Source: Octopus sinensis | Taxonomy: Eukaryota | DNA: 42,207 nucleotides | Assembly: GCF_006345805.1 (NCBI RefSeq) | Contig: NW_021835161.1 | Span: forward strand, 1 to 42,207 | Direction: 5' to 3' | Shown: piece after piece, positions 24,308 to 36,385 of the stretch | Position numbering within the stretch: position 1 is the first letter of the stretch | Layout of the letters: every line of letters begins with the position of its first letter | The notes under the pieces: generated by a model | The model's database searches: none | The model's input: the letters and a program-made list of their open reading frames with translations, nothing else | Told to the model about the DNA's origin: nothing | Made by a program: the position numbers and the translations under genes

Positions 24308-24478
24308 TGCTTCCCGTCCACATCCTTCCAGGTTCATCCCCACTGTATATCACCTTGAACATTTGTCTTCTACTGTAACTTCGAGTTGATCAAAGGTTTC
24401 GTGAGAGGGTTTGGTAATATATACATACATATATAAATATGTGTCGGGCTTCTTTCAATTTCCGTCTACCAAACCCCA
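24308..24478. mobile_element. SINE family A head remnants (+ 24308-24415, - 24443-24478)
   Basis: ggttcatccccactg..tgtcttctactg..gagagggtttggta, then gggcttctttcaatttccgtctaccaaa. Confidence 0.55.
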
Positions 24479-24930
24479 GTTTTAATTTATTAGTTTTGTT
24501 TATCAAATCTAAGACTAGAGAGTAGTGTTTGTTAGGAAAGGACATGAAGGAGTTGACACAATCATAGTGGATACAGTATAAAGTAACGAACTATAATGAG
24601 GTTGGGTAGTGGAAGTCCTCAAATCAGAATGTTAATGACCAGTTAAAGGGGCAAGACGCTAATAAAATCAATGATGCTAATACAGAGGAAAGTTTATCAT
24701 GGGTTACTATAGGTGATTGTTTGAAACAATATTGTTATATTGTATAAAGATAAAATTTAGGGTTATCAAGAAAAGTATTATAACCAAAATGATAAATCTT
24801 GAATAATTTTGAATATATACCGAAATTTTCAACAATTGATTTCATATTAGCCCGAGTATAGATTTAATAAAGTGAACATGTATTTGCAATCCGATTGAAT
24901 GTCTTCCAACACTGTCTTCACGTATGTAAT

Positions 24931-25040
24931 TACTTCCCCATAACTTAGCGGGACTTACAAAGAATAAGTCCTGAGGTCGATTTGCTCGACTAAAGGCGGG
25001 TCTCCAGCATGGCCACTGTCAAATAACTGAAACATAAAGA
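24931..25040 (+). mobile_element. SINE family A tail
   Basis: taacttagcgg..cttacaaagaataagtcctgaggtcgatttgctcgactaaaggcgg..ctccagcatggcc. Confidence 0.8.
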
Positions 25041-25334
25041 AATATGGCATATAAATAATAATTATAATTAAACTTCTATCAAATACCATGCTGCTTATAG
25101 AAATTTATGAAACGAAATTCGACTTTCAATAATGTTGTTATAGCCTTATCCAATATATATCAAAATACTTATTACCTTAAAATATACCCCCAAAAAGTAA
25201 AGACAAAATGAAAACCAAGTTACTCCCCTTGCAGATTTTCTAATCCTCTATCTATACATAATTCAAATTTACAGAAAACAAAAAAACGAAGAGAGCTGAA
25301 GGAATTACAAACTCTGGTGTTTGGGAAGATATAT

Positions 25335-25418
<84 letters not shown>

Positions 25419-25487
25419 TACTTACATACATATGCGTAGGTGCATGCGTATGCGTGCGCGTGTGTCTGAGTGTGTGCACGTGCGTAT

Positions 25488-25779
25488 GTGAAGGCGCATT
25501 AATCAGTAGTTAGAGCGATGGGCTCACAATAATGAGGTAGTGATTTCGATTTACTGGCTTTGTGTTGTGTTCTGAAGCAAGGCACTTTATTTCACTTCAC
25601 TCCATTTCACTCAGCTCTAGAAATGAATTGAGATGTGACTGGTGCCGAGCTCTATTGCACTTTGCCTTTCCCTTGGATAACATAGGTGGTACGAAGCGGG
25701 GAATCTGTTATAAATGAGCAACTTCTGGCCTCCCACAGGCAATCTTGCTGGGACTTGAGCCTAGGAGGGGAACTTTCTA
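25488..25779 (+). mobile_element. SINE family B variant, third tail type, 3'-interrupted by a family C copy
   Basis: Head gaaggcgc..agtagttagagcg, centre gcaaggcactttatttcac..cactcagct, tail tttgcctttcccttggataac. Confidence 0.7.
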
Positions 25780-25784
25780 CGTGC

Positions 25785-25990
25785 AGGCAGAAACGTTAGT
25801 ACGCCGGGCAAAATGCAAAGCAGTATTTCGTCTGTCTTTATGTTCTGAGTGCAAATTCCGCCGAGGTCAACTTTCCCTTTCATCCTTTCGGGGTCAATAA
25901 ATTAAGTACCAGTTGCGTACTTGGGTTGATCTAATTGACTGACACCACCTCCCCCAAAATTTCGGGCCTTGTGCCTAGAGTAGAAAAGAA
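25785..25990 (+). mobile_element. SINE family C with tail 2
   Basis: ggcagaaacgttagtacgccgggc..aaattccgccgaggtc..cctcccccaaaatttcgggccttgtgcctagagtagaaaagaat. Confidence 0.88.
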
Positions 25991-26041
25991 TATACTTCAA
26001 TAAGTATGTATGTGCTATATGTATATATATATATATAATAT

Positions 26042-26086
<45 letters not shown>

Positions 26087-26105
26087 ATATATATATGTAT
26101 GTATG

Positions 26106-26176
<71 letters not shown>

Positions 26177-26226
26177 ATTATATACACTCATACATACCCA
26201 TATATTTATAAATAATATATATATAT

Positions 26227-26700
26227 ATGGGCACAAGACGTCACAAAACGTAAACAAAATTAAATACGAAAACAAACTCGGATGCGCAAGCAACGAGAGA
26301 AACAACTTCAAAAGAAGACAAGTAACATAAAGAACGACCCTTCATTAGTTGTCGGCTGTCCATCTACTTCTCCTTTCCATAATTGAACGACAACACGAGA
26401 CTTCGAAGGCAGTTGCTCCCATAAAAGCCAAAGTATAATTTAGGATTTTGCGCATAGTCAAAGTTGGTAACAAAACAGGACAGTTGAGACATACAAGTAA
26501 ACCGAATCCAAAGAAACATGGAGGGCCTTTAGACCAGACGAAGTAAAGTAGCGAACGATGGAGAAATATTTTCTTTGACAAGAGAAAAGATAGAAGAGGA
26601 GACAGGTAAGAGAATACCTGCAGTCTGTACGACAACAGAGAATGAAAAGAAAGATCATGTAAGGAAAAGAAAGATGGACGATGGTCACGTGTGGACAACG
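26227..26700 (-). mobile_element. Probable Penelope-like non-autonomous fragment (second family), longer copy
   Basis: 26227-26418 is an inverted homologue of 27022-27210; ends against (TA)n; carries gacaa-ctaatga-a-ggg. PLE assignment is inferred. Confidence 0.5.
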
Positions 26701-26994
26701 AGAGAGAGAGAGAGAGTAAAGGAGAAAGGCGGAGAGAGACAGAGAGATAGAAAATGGTAATGGAGAGAAATAAGAATTAGTGAAAGGATGAGATAGATAA
26801 CGGAAGTGGGAGAGAGAACAGTAAAGGGTAGAGTCGTATCAAAAATATATTAAGATAAACTTGTAAATGGATGCGTGGCGTTCAATCAAATAATAATATA
26901 AATAATATAAACAATATATATATATATATATATGTGGTGCATATATACATACATATATGTACATACATACACATGTATATATATATATGCCCAC

Positions 26995-27212
26995 ATGGTT
27001 ACAGGACGTCACAAAACGTAAACAACTGCCTTCGAAGTCTCATATTGTCATTCAATGCTGGAAATGAAGAGTAAACGGACAGGCGACAACTGATGAAGGG
27101 TCATGCTTTATGTTACTTGCCTTGTTTTCCATTTGATTCTCTCGTTGTTTGCGTACCCAACTCTGTTTTGGTATCTCATATTGTTTACGTTCTGTGATGT
27201 TCTGTAGCCATA
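26995..27212 (+). mobile_element. Same family, shorter copy preceded by an inverted copy of its own 3' end
   Basis: ggacgtcacaaaacgtaaaca (inverted 3' end) fused to actgccttcgaagtctc..caactgatgaaggg..tgtttacgttctgtgatg; (TA)n on both sides. Confidence 0.55.
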
Positions 27213-27227
27213 TATGTAAATATATAT

Positions 27228-27271
<44 letters not shown>

Positions 27272-27830
27272 TATATGGCTACAAAGATTTTATAAAGCCA
27301 TAAAGATTTTAGAAATTTTTACTACCAGTGGACTAGCGTAGAGAAAAATTAGTCAATAAACTATATATTATACATATAAAATACAGTGTACATTAAAACA
27401 CATTAAGTGGCTTCCATCATAGGACTCCTTTACACTAGAAAGAACAGTTAAAGTCCAAACCACTAATTAGGGATGAATTCTCGAAGGGATTGAAAAATAA
27501 AAACATTTTACCATCTAATTCCTGGACCATGGTTTCTGACTTATTTTAGTAAATAAAAATTTATTTAATTACCAGGCGAAGTCTTTTTCAACAGGGACGC
27601 CATAGATTAAATATATAAACAACGAGGCCAATCCAGCATGTATCTCATTGCTTATACATTCTAATCTTTTTCTAATCCACTGCGCAAGCGCAGTCTTTTC
27701 TCTCGCCAGCAGGGAGATGCCGGCGGTGGTTTTTTTTTCTGATTTAAATACGTATATTATATTTTTTCAAATTTGATTTAGTATTTCTAAATTGAATTTT
27801 TCCCTGTAAGTTTGGAATAATATTCCCTCA

Positions 27831-27832
<2 letters not shown>

Positions 27833-27908
<76 letters not shown>

Positions 27909-27909
27909 T
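27833..27909. repeat. (TTA)n tract
   Basis: Directly visible. Confidence 0.97.
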
Positions 27910-28463
27910 GAGTGAGAGAGCAGTGCATGCCATCAAAGTAAATATACTGGGGTAAAATATACGAAGCCCAATATACCCATCAATACTACCCGTCTGATAA
28001 GGGTACACCAGGCACATGCATCACTACCATATGTGCGCGACATGGTGATCTCATATCAAGATAAACAGCACATGACCTTGCAGGTGGGGCCCAGTTAGAA
28101 TTTTCTTCAGGTTGAGTAGCCCATCCCGCTCAAAAGGTCCCTGAATAAGGGTTGCTTAAGGATGTTGAAAGCACCCATGTTTCCAGAGGTGAATTATTCA
28201 AACCCCAAAGAATCCCTCTCAACACATGGCTATGATGCTCCCCCACTACTTCTGCTCGTGATCAGAGATGCACATATCGTCAGCCACTAAGAGACATGCT
28301 CAACTGGTTAAGGTCAAACAACTGACAAGCAAATCTGTGGTATTGAGCAGAATATTTGCTGTAGCCCATCTTTTATACCAAGACAAAACAATGTACATGA
28401 TAACACTTCCAATCAGTTAAGATCAGAAGCCATGAGAGCCACTGCCTGGTACTGCATCAGGGC

Positions 28464-28467
<4 letters not shown>
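27910..28467 (-). mobile_element. 558-bp non-autonomous retro-element embedded in (TAA)n, copy 1
   Basis: Near-identical copy at 28495-28974 and 3' fragment at 40855-40999; on the element strand the 3' end ctctctcactc runs into (AAT)n. Confidence 0.85.
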
Positions 28468-28494
<27 letters not shown>

Positions 28495-28974
28495 GAGTGA
28501 GAGAGCAGTTCATGCCATCAAAGTGACACTGGGGTAAAATATACGAAGCCCAATATACCCATCATGACTACCCGTCTGATAAAGGTACACCAGGCACATG
28601 CATCACAACCATATGTGCGCGACATGGTGATCTCATATCAAGATAAACAGCACATGACCTTGCGGGTGGGGCCCAGTTAGAATTTTCTTCAGGTTGAGTA
28701 GCCCATCCCGCTCAAACGGTCCCTGAATAAGGGTTGTTTAAGGATGTTGAAAGAACCACCCATGTTTCCAGAGGTGAACTATTCAAACCCCAAAGAATCC
28801 CTCTCAACACATGGCTATGATGCTCCCCCACTACTTCTGCTCGTGATCAGAGATGCACATATCGTCAGCCACTAAGGACATGCTCAACTGGTTAAGGTCA
28901 AACAACTGACAAGCAAATCTGTGGTATTGAGCAGAATATTTGCTGTAGCCCATCTTTTATACCAAGACAAACAA
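28495..28974 (-). mobile_element. Same element, copy 2, 5'-truncated by about 75 bp
   Basis: About a dozen differences from copy 1 over about 480 bp; (TTA)n on both sides. Confidence 0.85.
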
Positions 28975-29125
<151 letters not shown>

Positions 29126-29965
29126 TATTATATATGCATGTATGTATATGTGTATGTATGTGTGTATGTGTATGTACCTACGTATTCGCAGGGTATGGAT
29201 GAATGTTTATATACAGATGTATATTTCCAATCATGCAGTTCACTACAATTCGATTAGAACTACATTATCATACGAAGGCAGACACTGCACACGCTAATCT
29301 AACCGAACCAACCTCCCTTACTTGTTGATCACTTATCTCATTGAGAGACCATAACAAAAGAAAATGTTCTAGTCATGTTCTCGCTATCCATATGATCTTC
29401 ACTAAATAACATAAAGGATCAAACACACACACACAACACACACACACACACAAACACACAAACACATAATGTACATACACTGGTGCACAAACAAACACAT
29501 ATTTGTGTGTATGCATATGATTAAAATACGTACGTAAAAAGACAAGAAAACGAAATCTTAATGCATTATGAACCCTAGAATTCAAGCTTACCCAAAAAAC
29601 CACTACAGAGAAACGCTTTGCCAATTCAAATTTTGTTAATCCCTTTTGTCTCAGGATGGAAGATACATTCTTAAACAAGTCATTTCCTTTTTGTATGGAT
29701 TTATATAAGGTATTGAAATAAATTGATACAAAGTGCACAACAATATAAAATATAAAGAATGTTCATATAGCTTGTTTCTTTAATGTTTTCGTTTTATAAA
29801 TATGTTATACTTTATCATAAGCTTGTTGCTCATTTTCTTTGGTGTGTGTACGTTGTAGGTCTTACTACAAAGAAGCATTGAAGAATATGGTATATTTTCC
29901 GCCATTCCGTTCAACAAGTCATGTTATTAAATTGCATGTAGACTCAACATATTTAGATATGAACG

Positions 29966-29998
<33 letters not shown>

Positions 29999-30302
29999 TA
30001 CATACATACATACATACATACATACTACATACATACATACATACATACATACATACATACATCCATACATACGAAGCTTAATCAATATTGTTATCGTGCA
30101 ATGCCTGTGCAAGATTTTTTTTAAAGTGAAGAAAGCTGTGCACTGAGTCAATCCCACTCACTAAGCAACAGCAGCCATAATCCGAAAAGAAGAACAAGTC
30201 AACATCATCGGTAACCACTGAGCTGCAAGTTTTAACATACATACATACATACATACATACATACATACATACATACATACATACATACATACATACATAC
30301 AT

Positions 30303-30680
30303 AGGTACTGTCGTAGTTGTGTGGTAAGAAACTTGCACCCCGACCATATGGCTCCGGAATCAGTCCCATTGCGTGCCACCTTAGACAAATAACTTCTACT
30401 ATAGCCTTGGGTCGGCCAAAACCTTGTGATTGGATTTGATAGACGGACGCTGAAAGAAGCCCGTTGTATAATTATATAGGTATGTATTTGCCTGTTTATG
30501 CCGGTTTTCGTCCCACTCAACATCACTTGACAACCGATGTTGGTGTGCTTACGTCCCTGTAACTTAGCGGTTCGGCAAGTGAGGCTGACAGAATAAGCAC
30601 TAGGCTTACAAAGAATAAATCCTGGGGTCGATTTGCTCGACTAAAGGCGGTGGTCCAGCATGGCCACAGAGTAAAAGAAT
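30303..30680 (+). mobile_element. SINE family A
   Basis: Head tgtgtggtaagaaacttgc..cttctactatagcc..gaaagaagcccg, short insert, tail to gactaaaggcggtggtccagcatggcc. Confidence 0.85.
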
Positions 30681-32558
30681 ACATACGCAAACACACACAG
30701 ACACACACACACACACGCACACACACTCAAACACACACACATGTATACTTATAAATTAGTCTTATACAAGAGTATTGTTGACTGTAACTTCGTAGGTAGT
30801 CCGTCGATGGCTTAACTAGCCAATATTTCGAAGTCACTGTCAACAACATTTTTGTATAAGAATAATTCATTTGTACTCTACAAAAGGATACAGTAATCCA
30901 TCGGATTGATGTATAATTATTTTTATTATAATTGAACATAAAAGCAAAGATAAATATACATACATATATATACATATATATATGTATATGTGTGTGTGTG
31001 TGTTATACACTTTAATTGTTGGTATGTATAGACTTTATTTGTTGGTTAACAAATAAAGTACCAATATCCCATGTGGGAGGCTTATTAAATGCTGAGAATT
31101 CCTGGCATGAAACTAATGGTAGTGCCGTTAAAAATAACGCGCGCATGAGCATACACACATAAAAACGAAAGAAAACTGCACTCACTGCAAGTTGTAGGGA
31201 GTTCATATTTAAAAACAAACAGTTAGTTATCACCAGTTTTGTTACTCCAAGTTTACAATATGCCCACAAGTATTTTGAACAATGAAACACTGTGAATAAT
31301 AATAGGACGTTGTATGCTCCACTGGGCACTTAGTTATGTCCTCATTGTTTGAGGTCGATAAGGTATTTTTTGTAGACCTAGCATTGGCTGATCTTTTTTA
31401 GGGGGTAGCTGGTGTATAGAGAGCAATAACTTCATCCATTTTACCGCCACCATGATTGTTTATTTGGAGGAGCCATTTAAAATTGATTTTCCTATAGTAA
31501 TGCCTTCGGCTAGTTGGAACTAATTGGAATGGAAGATTCGACGCACAGAAGAGTTTTGATTTGTAACCCGCTTTAAACTGCCTTCCAACATAGAAGTTAC
31601 TACGAACATGGTCTGTTGCTTCCTTGCACTATTAAAACATTAATTCTTACGCATATACAAATAACGTAATATGTTCTTCAAATCAGACAACTCCAAGATT
31701 AATTATTCCTCTATGGGCAACATCGATTGCTACATCAAACACTACGATGTGAAGCATTTCCTGCTTAGCTTCACGCCAACAGCCAACATGAAACTGTTGA
31801 AATTCTTCTTCTTGTTCCCTTAGAAGATCTCATCTGTCCAAATAACCATATGTCGAATAACCGCAATAATTCTGAATGGTATTGCAAGAAAGTATTTGGG
31901 CATAATTACGAAGATTTTGAAAATTCATTTCTTTCAACACCTCTCCCATTCAGATCAAGGAACAGAGAAAAATTCCACGTCCCTACCTCTCATTGAAATT
32001 GGTCTGGAAACATAGTGACTAGGACAGGGCAGACAAACTCGATAATAACAACGTGCCCTATCTGTAGGGATATTCCATACACCAAAAATCATGGAACTAT
32101 TAGATTTGAGCGAAGAAAAAATTTCTGAATCTTTAGTAATCAGCGATATGTCTTCTGCAATAAGAAGTGTGATCTAACAGGCACACAGCGAAGGGTTTCC
32201 CGGCAATTTTCCTACAAACAAGATTCCCTAGTTTTTTCAAACCTCTTTTAGCCATCTTCACTAATTCATCGTGCAATACCAGCGAAATCATAAAGTGAGT
32301 AGCGCTTACATAACTGTAGCCAAAACAGCTGTCACAAATCCGATCAGGTGACCATATTTAACCAATGGAAAGCGACATGTCGAGTCGTGTGCAGCCTTTC
32401 CAATTTCCGCTGTTATTGTGGAACTGATCACGCGTGTATAGATTTTGAGCATGTGTTAAACTCCGAGTAACAATGAAGTGAATCACGACTGTTCTTCCAA
32501 TACATACTACGCACGCGCGCTCGTACACGTATGAGTGTGTATGTACTTATATGTGTGC

Positions 32559-32611
<53 letters not shown>

Positions 32612-32752
32612 TAGATATATGTATATATATGTGTGTGTATACATATATCTATGCATACGCACACACATACACTTATGCATGTATATATACATCTATGTGA
32701 ATATATGCATGTGTAACTATATGTATTCGTGTATATGTAAATATATGTAAAT

Positions 32753-32797
<45 letters not shown>

Positions 32798-32897
32798 GTT
32801 TTATATATATTTATGTATGTGTATATATATGTTCATATATATATTATTATTCGTATAACTATATGTACATTTATGCATGCATACATTTATACATATA

Positions 32898-32936
<39 letters not shown>

Positions 32937-33229
32937 TGTGTGTGTTTGTGTGTTTGTGAATGTGTGTGCGTCCGCGCGCATGTGTTTATCGTCACTAAAT
33001 AAGTCGTGCATTTCTAAGCTGCAGCTGACCCAACCCTCACACGCTGTTGGCGTGTTCTACTTTGCGAGCCAAAACAATTCAATATTCATCATTGTCACGA
33101 AGGCACATGGATACACTGAATAAGAAAACATCTATATACTCACACAAACTTACACACGCACTATTATGCGTTAGACCACCCAGAGACACGAGCAGTTAGC
33201 CGTATATATAACTGCGTGTGTATGTTTCT

Positions 33230-33246
33230 ATTTATATGTATATGTG

Positions 33247-33285
<39 letters not shown>

Positions 33286-33577
33286 TAGATATAGATATGT
33301 GTATATATATATATATATATAATATAGATATAAGTATATATATATATATATATACATATATACATATATACATTATGTATATTATATATATATATACATA
33401 TATGCATATATGTATATATGTATATATATATACATATATATATATATAAACGTATATATATATACATATATATACACACATATATATATACATATATATA
33501 TATATACACACATATATACACACATATATATATATACAATATATATATATATGCATATATATATATATCTACATACT

Positions 33578-33665
<88 letters not shown>
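33230..33665. repeat. Long imperfect (TA)n/(TACA) tract
   Basis: Directly visible; source of six overlapping YI-rich ORFs. Confidence 0.97.
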
Positions 33666-34690
33666 GCAAGATACACATTTGCGGATGTATATACGTAAAT
33701 ATAGTGTTCTAATGTTGTGCGTATACTGTAGAGAAACGTACACATATATACACATCTAGAAACACGCGTTTATAGAGAGAAAACTTTAGCGTATACAATA
33801 CATAGTTACACCTTAGTTATTGTACATTTCATATCTAATATCCATAGATAGAACTATATATTTTCTCGTATGCTGGCAGGCATACAAACACTTGGATGCG
33901 TATTGACGTATATCACAAGCGTCGATTTATACGGCTTACAATGTACATGCGCACATACACTGTTAAAAGGCACCTACATACACACATACAAACAAACATG
34001 ATTACCTCGTCTCGTTTCAAACACTTTATACCGACATAGATTAAGTTCAACAATGCTATCAGGAAATTTCTTAAAGACAGACCGATACAATACATTTATA
34101 TTATATCATTATTGTAGCTACATTGATCTATATAATAGAAATAGCATTACGTGTGTGTGTACGTGTATGTATACGTACGTGTGTGTGTACCTTTACGTGT
34201 ACGTACATATGTGTGTGTGTGTGTGTGTCTCTCTCTCTCTCTAAGCGTTGTATGTCTGTGTCACGCTTTAACCTTTACCTTCATGAACGATATAAACTAC
34301 GATTCACTCCTGACATATTTTCGCAATGGCGCCTGTGTAGACGAGAATTGTTCATGAGAATCAGGCGATTTAGTTCGATACTTATTTTCGTGAAATAGTG
34401 TATCCGTACAAAACTATTTATGCTGCACGGTGTGGGATTGTTTTTTTTTTAATGTTTTGAGACGCTTTCATATTCCTTTCATAGAAATTATTTGCTAAAT
34501 ACTTACATCCTTCACTTGACTATTCGAAATTGATATATAATATATTCTATCCGTTGTAATAACCTTACATCGTTTCTCACGATGAATCTCATCTTAATTC
34601 TCTCTCGAGAATACTTCTTCGACTCAAAATAAAAAGAAATAAAGGGTATTATGCTGCACTACTTGTCATTACTATGTGTCTGTATATATA

Positions 34691-34810
34691 TCAGGTCATC
34701 CCATAAATTCTGTCCGATTTTACCTTTTTTAAAATTGAATGAAATTTAATAGTATTTAGTGGAATAAAAATTATTTTTATGCATTTGTGTACCTTTAAGC
34801 TATTAAATAT
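34691..34810 (+). mobile_element. Mariner left end (TIR plus 5' leader), same family as 6768-7241
   Basis: TA|tcaggtcatcccataaattctgtccgattttacc..aaaattgaatgaa..aaaaattatttttatgcatttg matches the reverse complement of 7120-7241. Confidence 0.88.
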
Positions 34811-34811
34811 T

Positions 34812-35065
34812 GCATTATTTACGTTATTTACATTCAACGGATATTTCTCCTCATCTTGTTTTTTGTTAATACAACGTTTTGGCTGATATACCCTCCAGGC
34901 TTCTTTAGGTGTCTTGTGGAAATATCGTACCTGGGTTCTCATTCCTAAGGTATTTTTCGATGTTATTGTTGTTGTTGTTGTTGTTGTTCAGGTCACTGCT
35001 TGGAATCGAACTCGGAATCATGAGGTTAGTAGCCCAGGCTCTTAACTACTACGCCACATGCCCGT

Positions 35066-35066
<1 letters not shown>
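34812..35066 (-). mobile_element. tRNA-headed SINE-like element with (CAA)n linker and degenerate hammerhead in its 3' half
   Basis: Minus strand: A box tggcgtagtag, B box agttcgattcc, (CAA)n, then acac-ctaaaga-a-gcctg(gagggtatat)cagcc-aaaac-gtt-gtat. Confidence 0.75.
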
Positions 35067-35102
<36 letters not shown>

Positions 35103-35167
35103 TTAGAATATGAGCGTCTTTTCAGAAACTGTTGTCGCAAATAGTCGGCAGGTTTATTAAGCATTAC

Positions 35168-35399
35168 TTATTTCTTTATTGCCCACAAAGGGCTAAACAT
35201 AGAGGGGACAAACAAGGATAGACAAACGTATTAAGTCGGTTACATCGACCCCAGTGCGTAACTGGTACTTAATTTATCGACCCCGAAAGGATGAAAGGCA
35301 AAGTCGACCTCGGCGGAATTTGAACTCAGAACGTAGCGGCAGACGAAATACTACTAAGCATTTCGCCCGGCGTGCCAACATTTCTACCAGCTAGCCTCC
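35168..35399 (-). mobile_element. SINE family C with tail 1, monomer
   Basis: Full head to ..tgtttagccctttgtgggcaataaagaaataa. Confidence 0.9.
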
Positions 35400-36122
35400 T
35401 TATAAGCAGTACTTATGTTCTAACTCTTGTTAGAACATTGGAAACCGTGTTATTAGCGCTTGGTGCATGTTAAATTGGATATAAATATTGCCTTCTCATA
35501 TTAATACTGCTTACGTCCCTAATAATTAACAATTCTGAATACAAAACAGATTAAAACAATATGTGCAAAAACCTGATGGTCACGTATGGAATGTTTATGA
35601 CGCTGGGTCTGCTTGATCAGCGGTTTGATCTTCTTGAGTACAGCAGTGTGCCAGGTATCTTAGTCCTTAGTCATCTCCTTCATAAGGCTCAGTGTCTTAA
35701 GAAAGATATAAGTTGCTTACTGTTAATTAGTGTAAAAAGAATAAAAAAACAGGTCACATTTAATATTGTTATAGGGTTTGATCTGACCTAGAAAATCAGC
35801 CGTCAATCAGTCAATGGAAAGGGTCAAGGATGCATCAGTCTAGGTCTGAGCTTGGAGCATCAATTGGTCATGACTGGCCCTGGATTTGGGGCTTTTATTT
35901 CTAGTAGGTCAAGAACCCTTAAAAAGTTTCCTAATTGGTCTGATACCTGTAGGAAGAAAAAGACTCGTCACTTGGGAATAAGTGTTGAGATAAAACTTCA
36001 GAATAGTGAGCCTGACAGAAAAAAATGACAAACAACCAAAACATGTAGCACTAAATACAAGTTAACAGAGTAAACAAAAACAACGCTATTCTAGAAATGG
36101 CTGCTTGCTTCCTTCATAATTT

Positions 36123-36355
36123 GTGGAGGTGCGTGGCTTAGTGTTTAGGGATTTGATTCATGATCGTAAGATTGTGGTTTCTATAAATGGACCGAGTAAT
36201 GGGTTGTATTTCTGAACAACGCACTTCATTCCACGTTGCTCGAGTGCACTCAAATGGTAAAAAATTAGTAATCTTGCGACGGAACAGCGTCCCATCCAAG
36301 GAGGAATATATACAGCAGTGAGACCAGGAAACAGGCCATATGCTCCTTGCAATGT
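36123..36355 (+). mobile_element. SINE family B, degenerate
   Basis: ggaggtgcgtggcttagtgtttaggg..atgatcgtaagattgtggtttc..cacttcattccacgttgctc. Confidence 0.75.
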
Positions 36356-36385
36356 AACGTAGACTGACCTCCTTCGTAATATACT

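Noticed and set aside
34987-35063. tRNA gene (also the tRNA-like heads at 2737, 8960 and 13604)
   Set aside because: A and B boxes are present but acceptor stems do not pair and each continues into a repeated SINE body.
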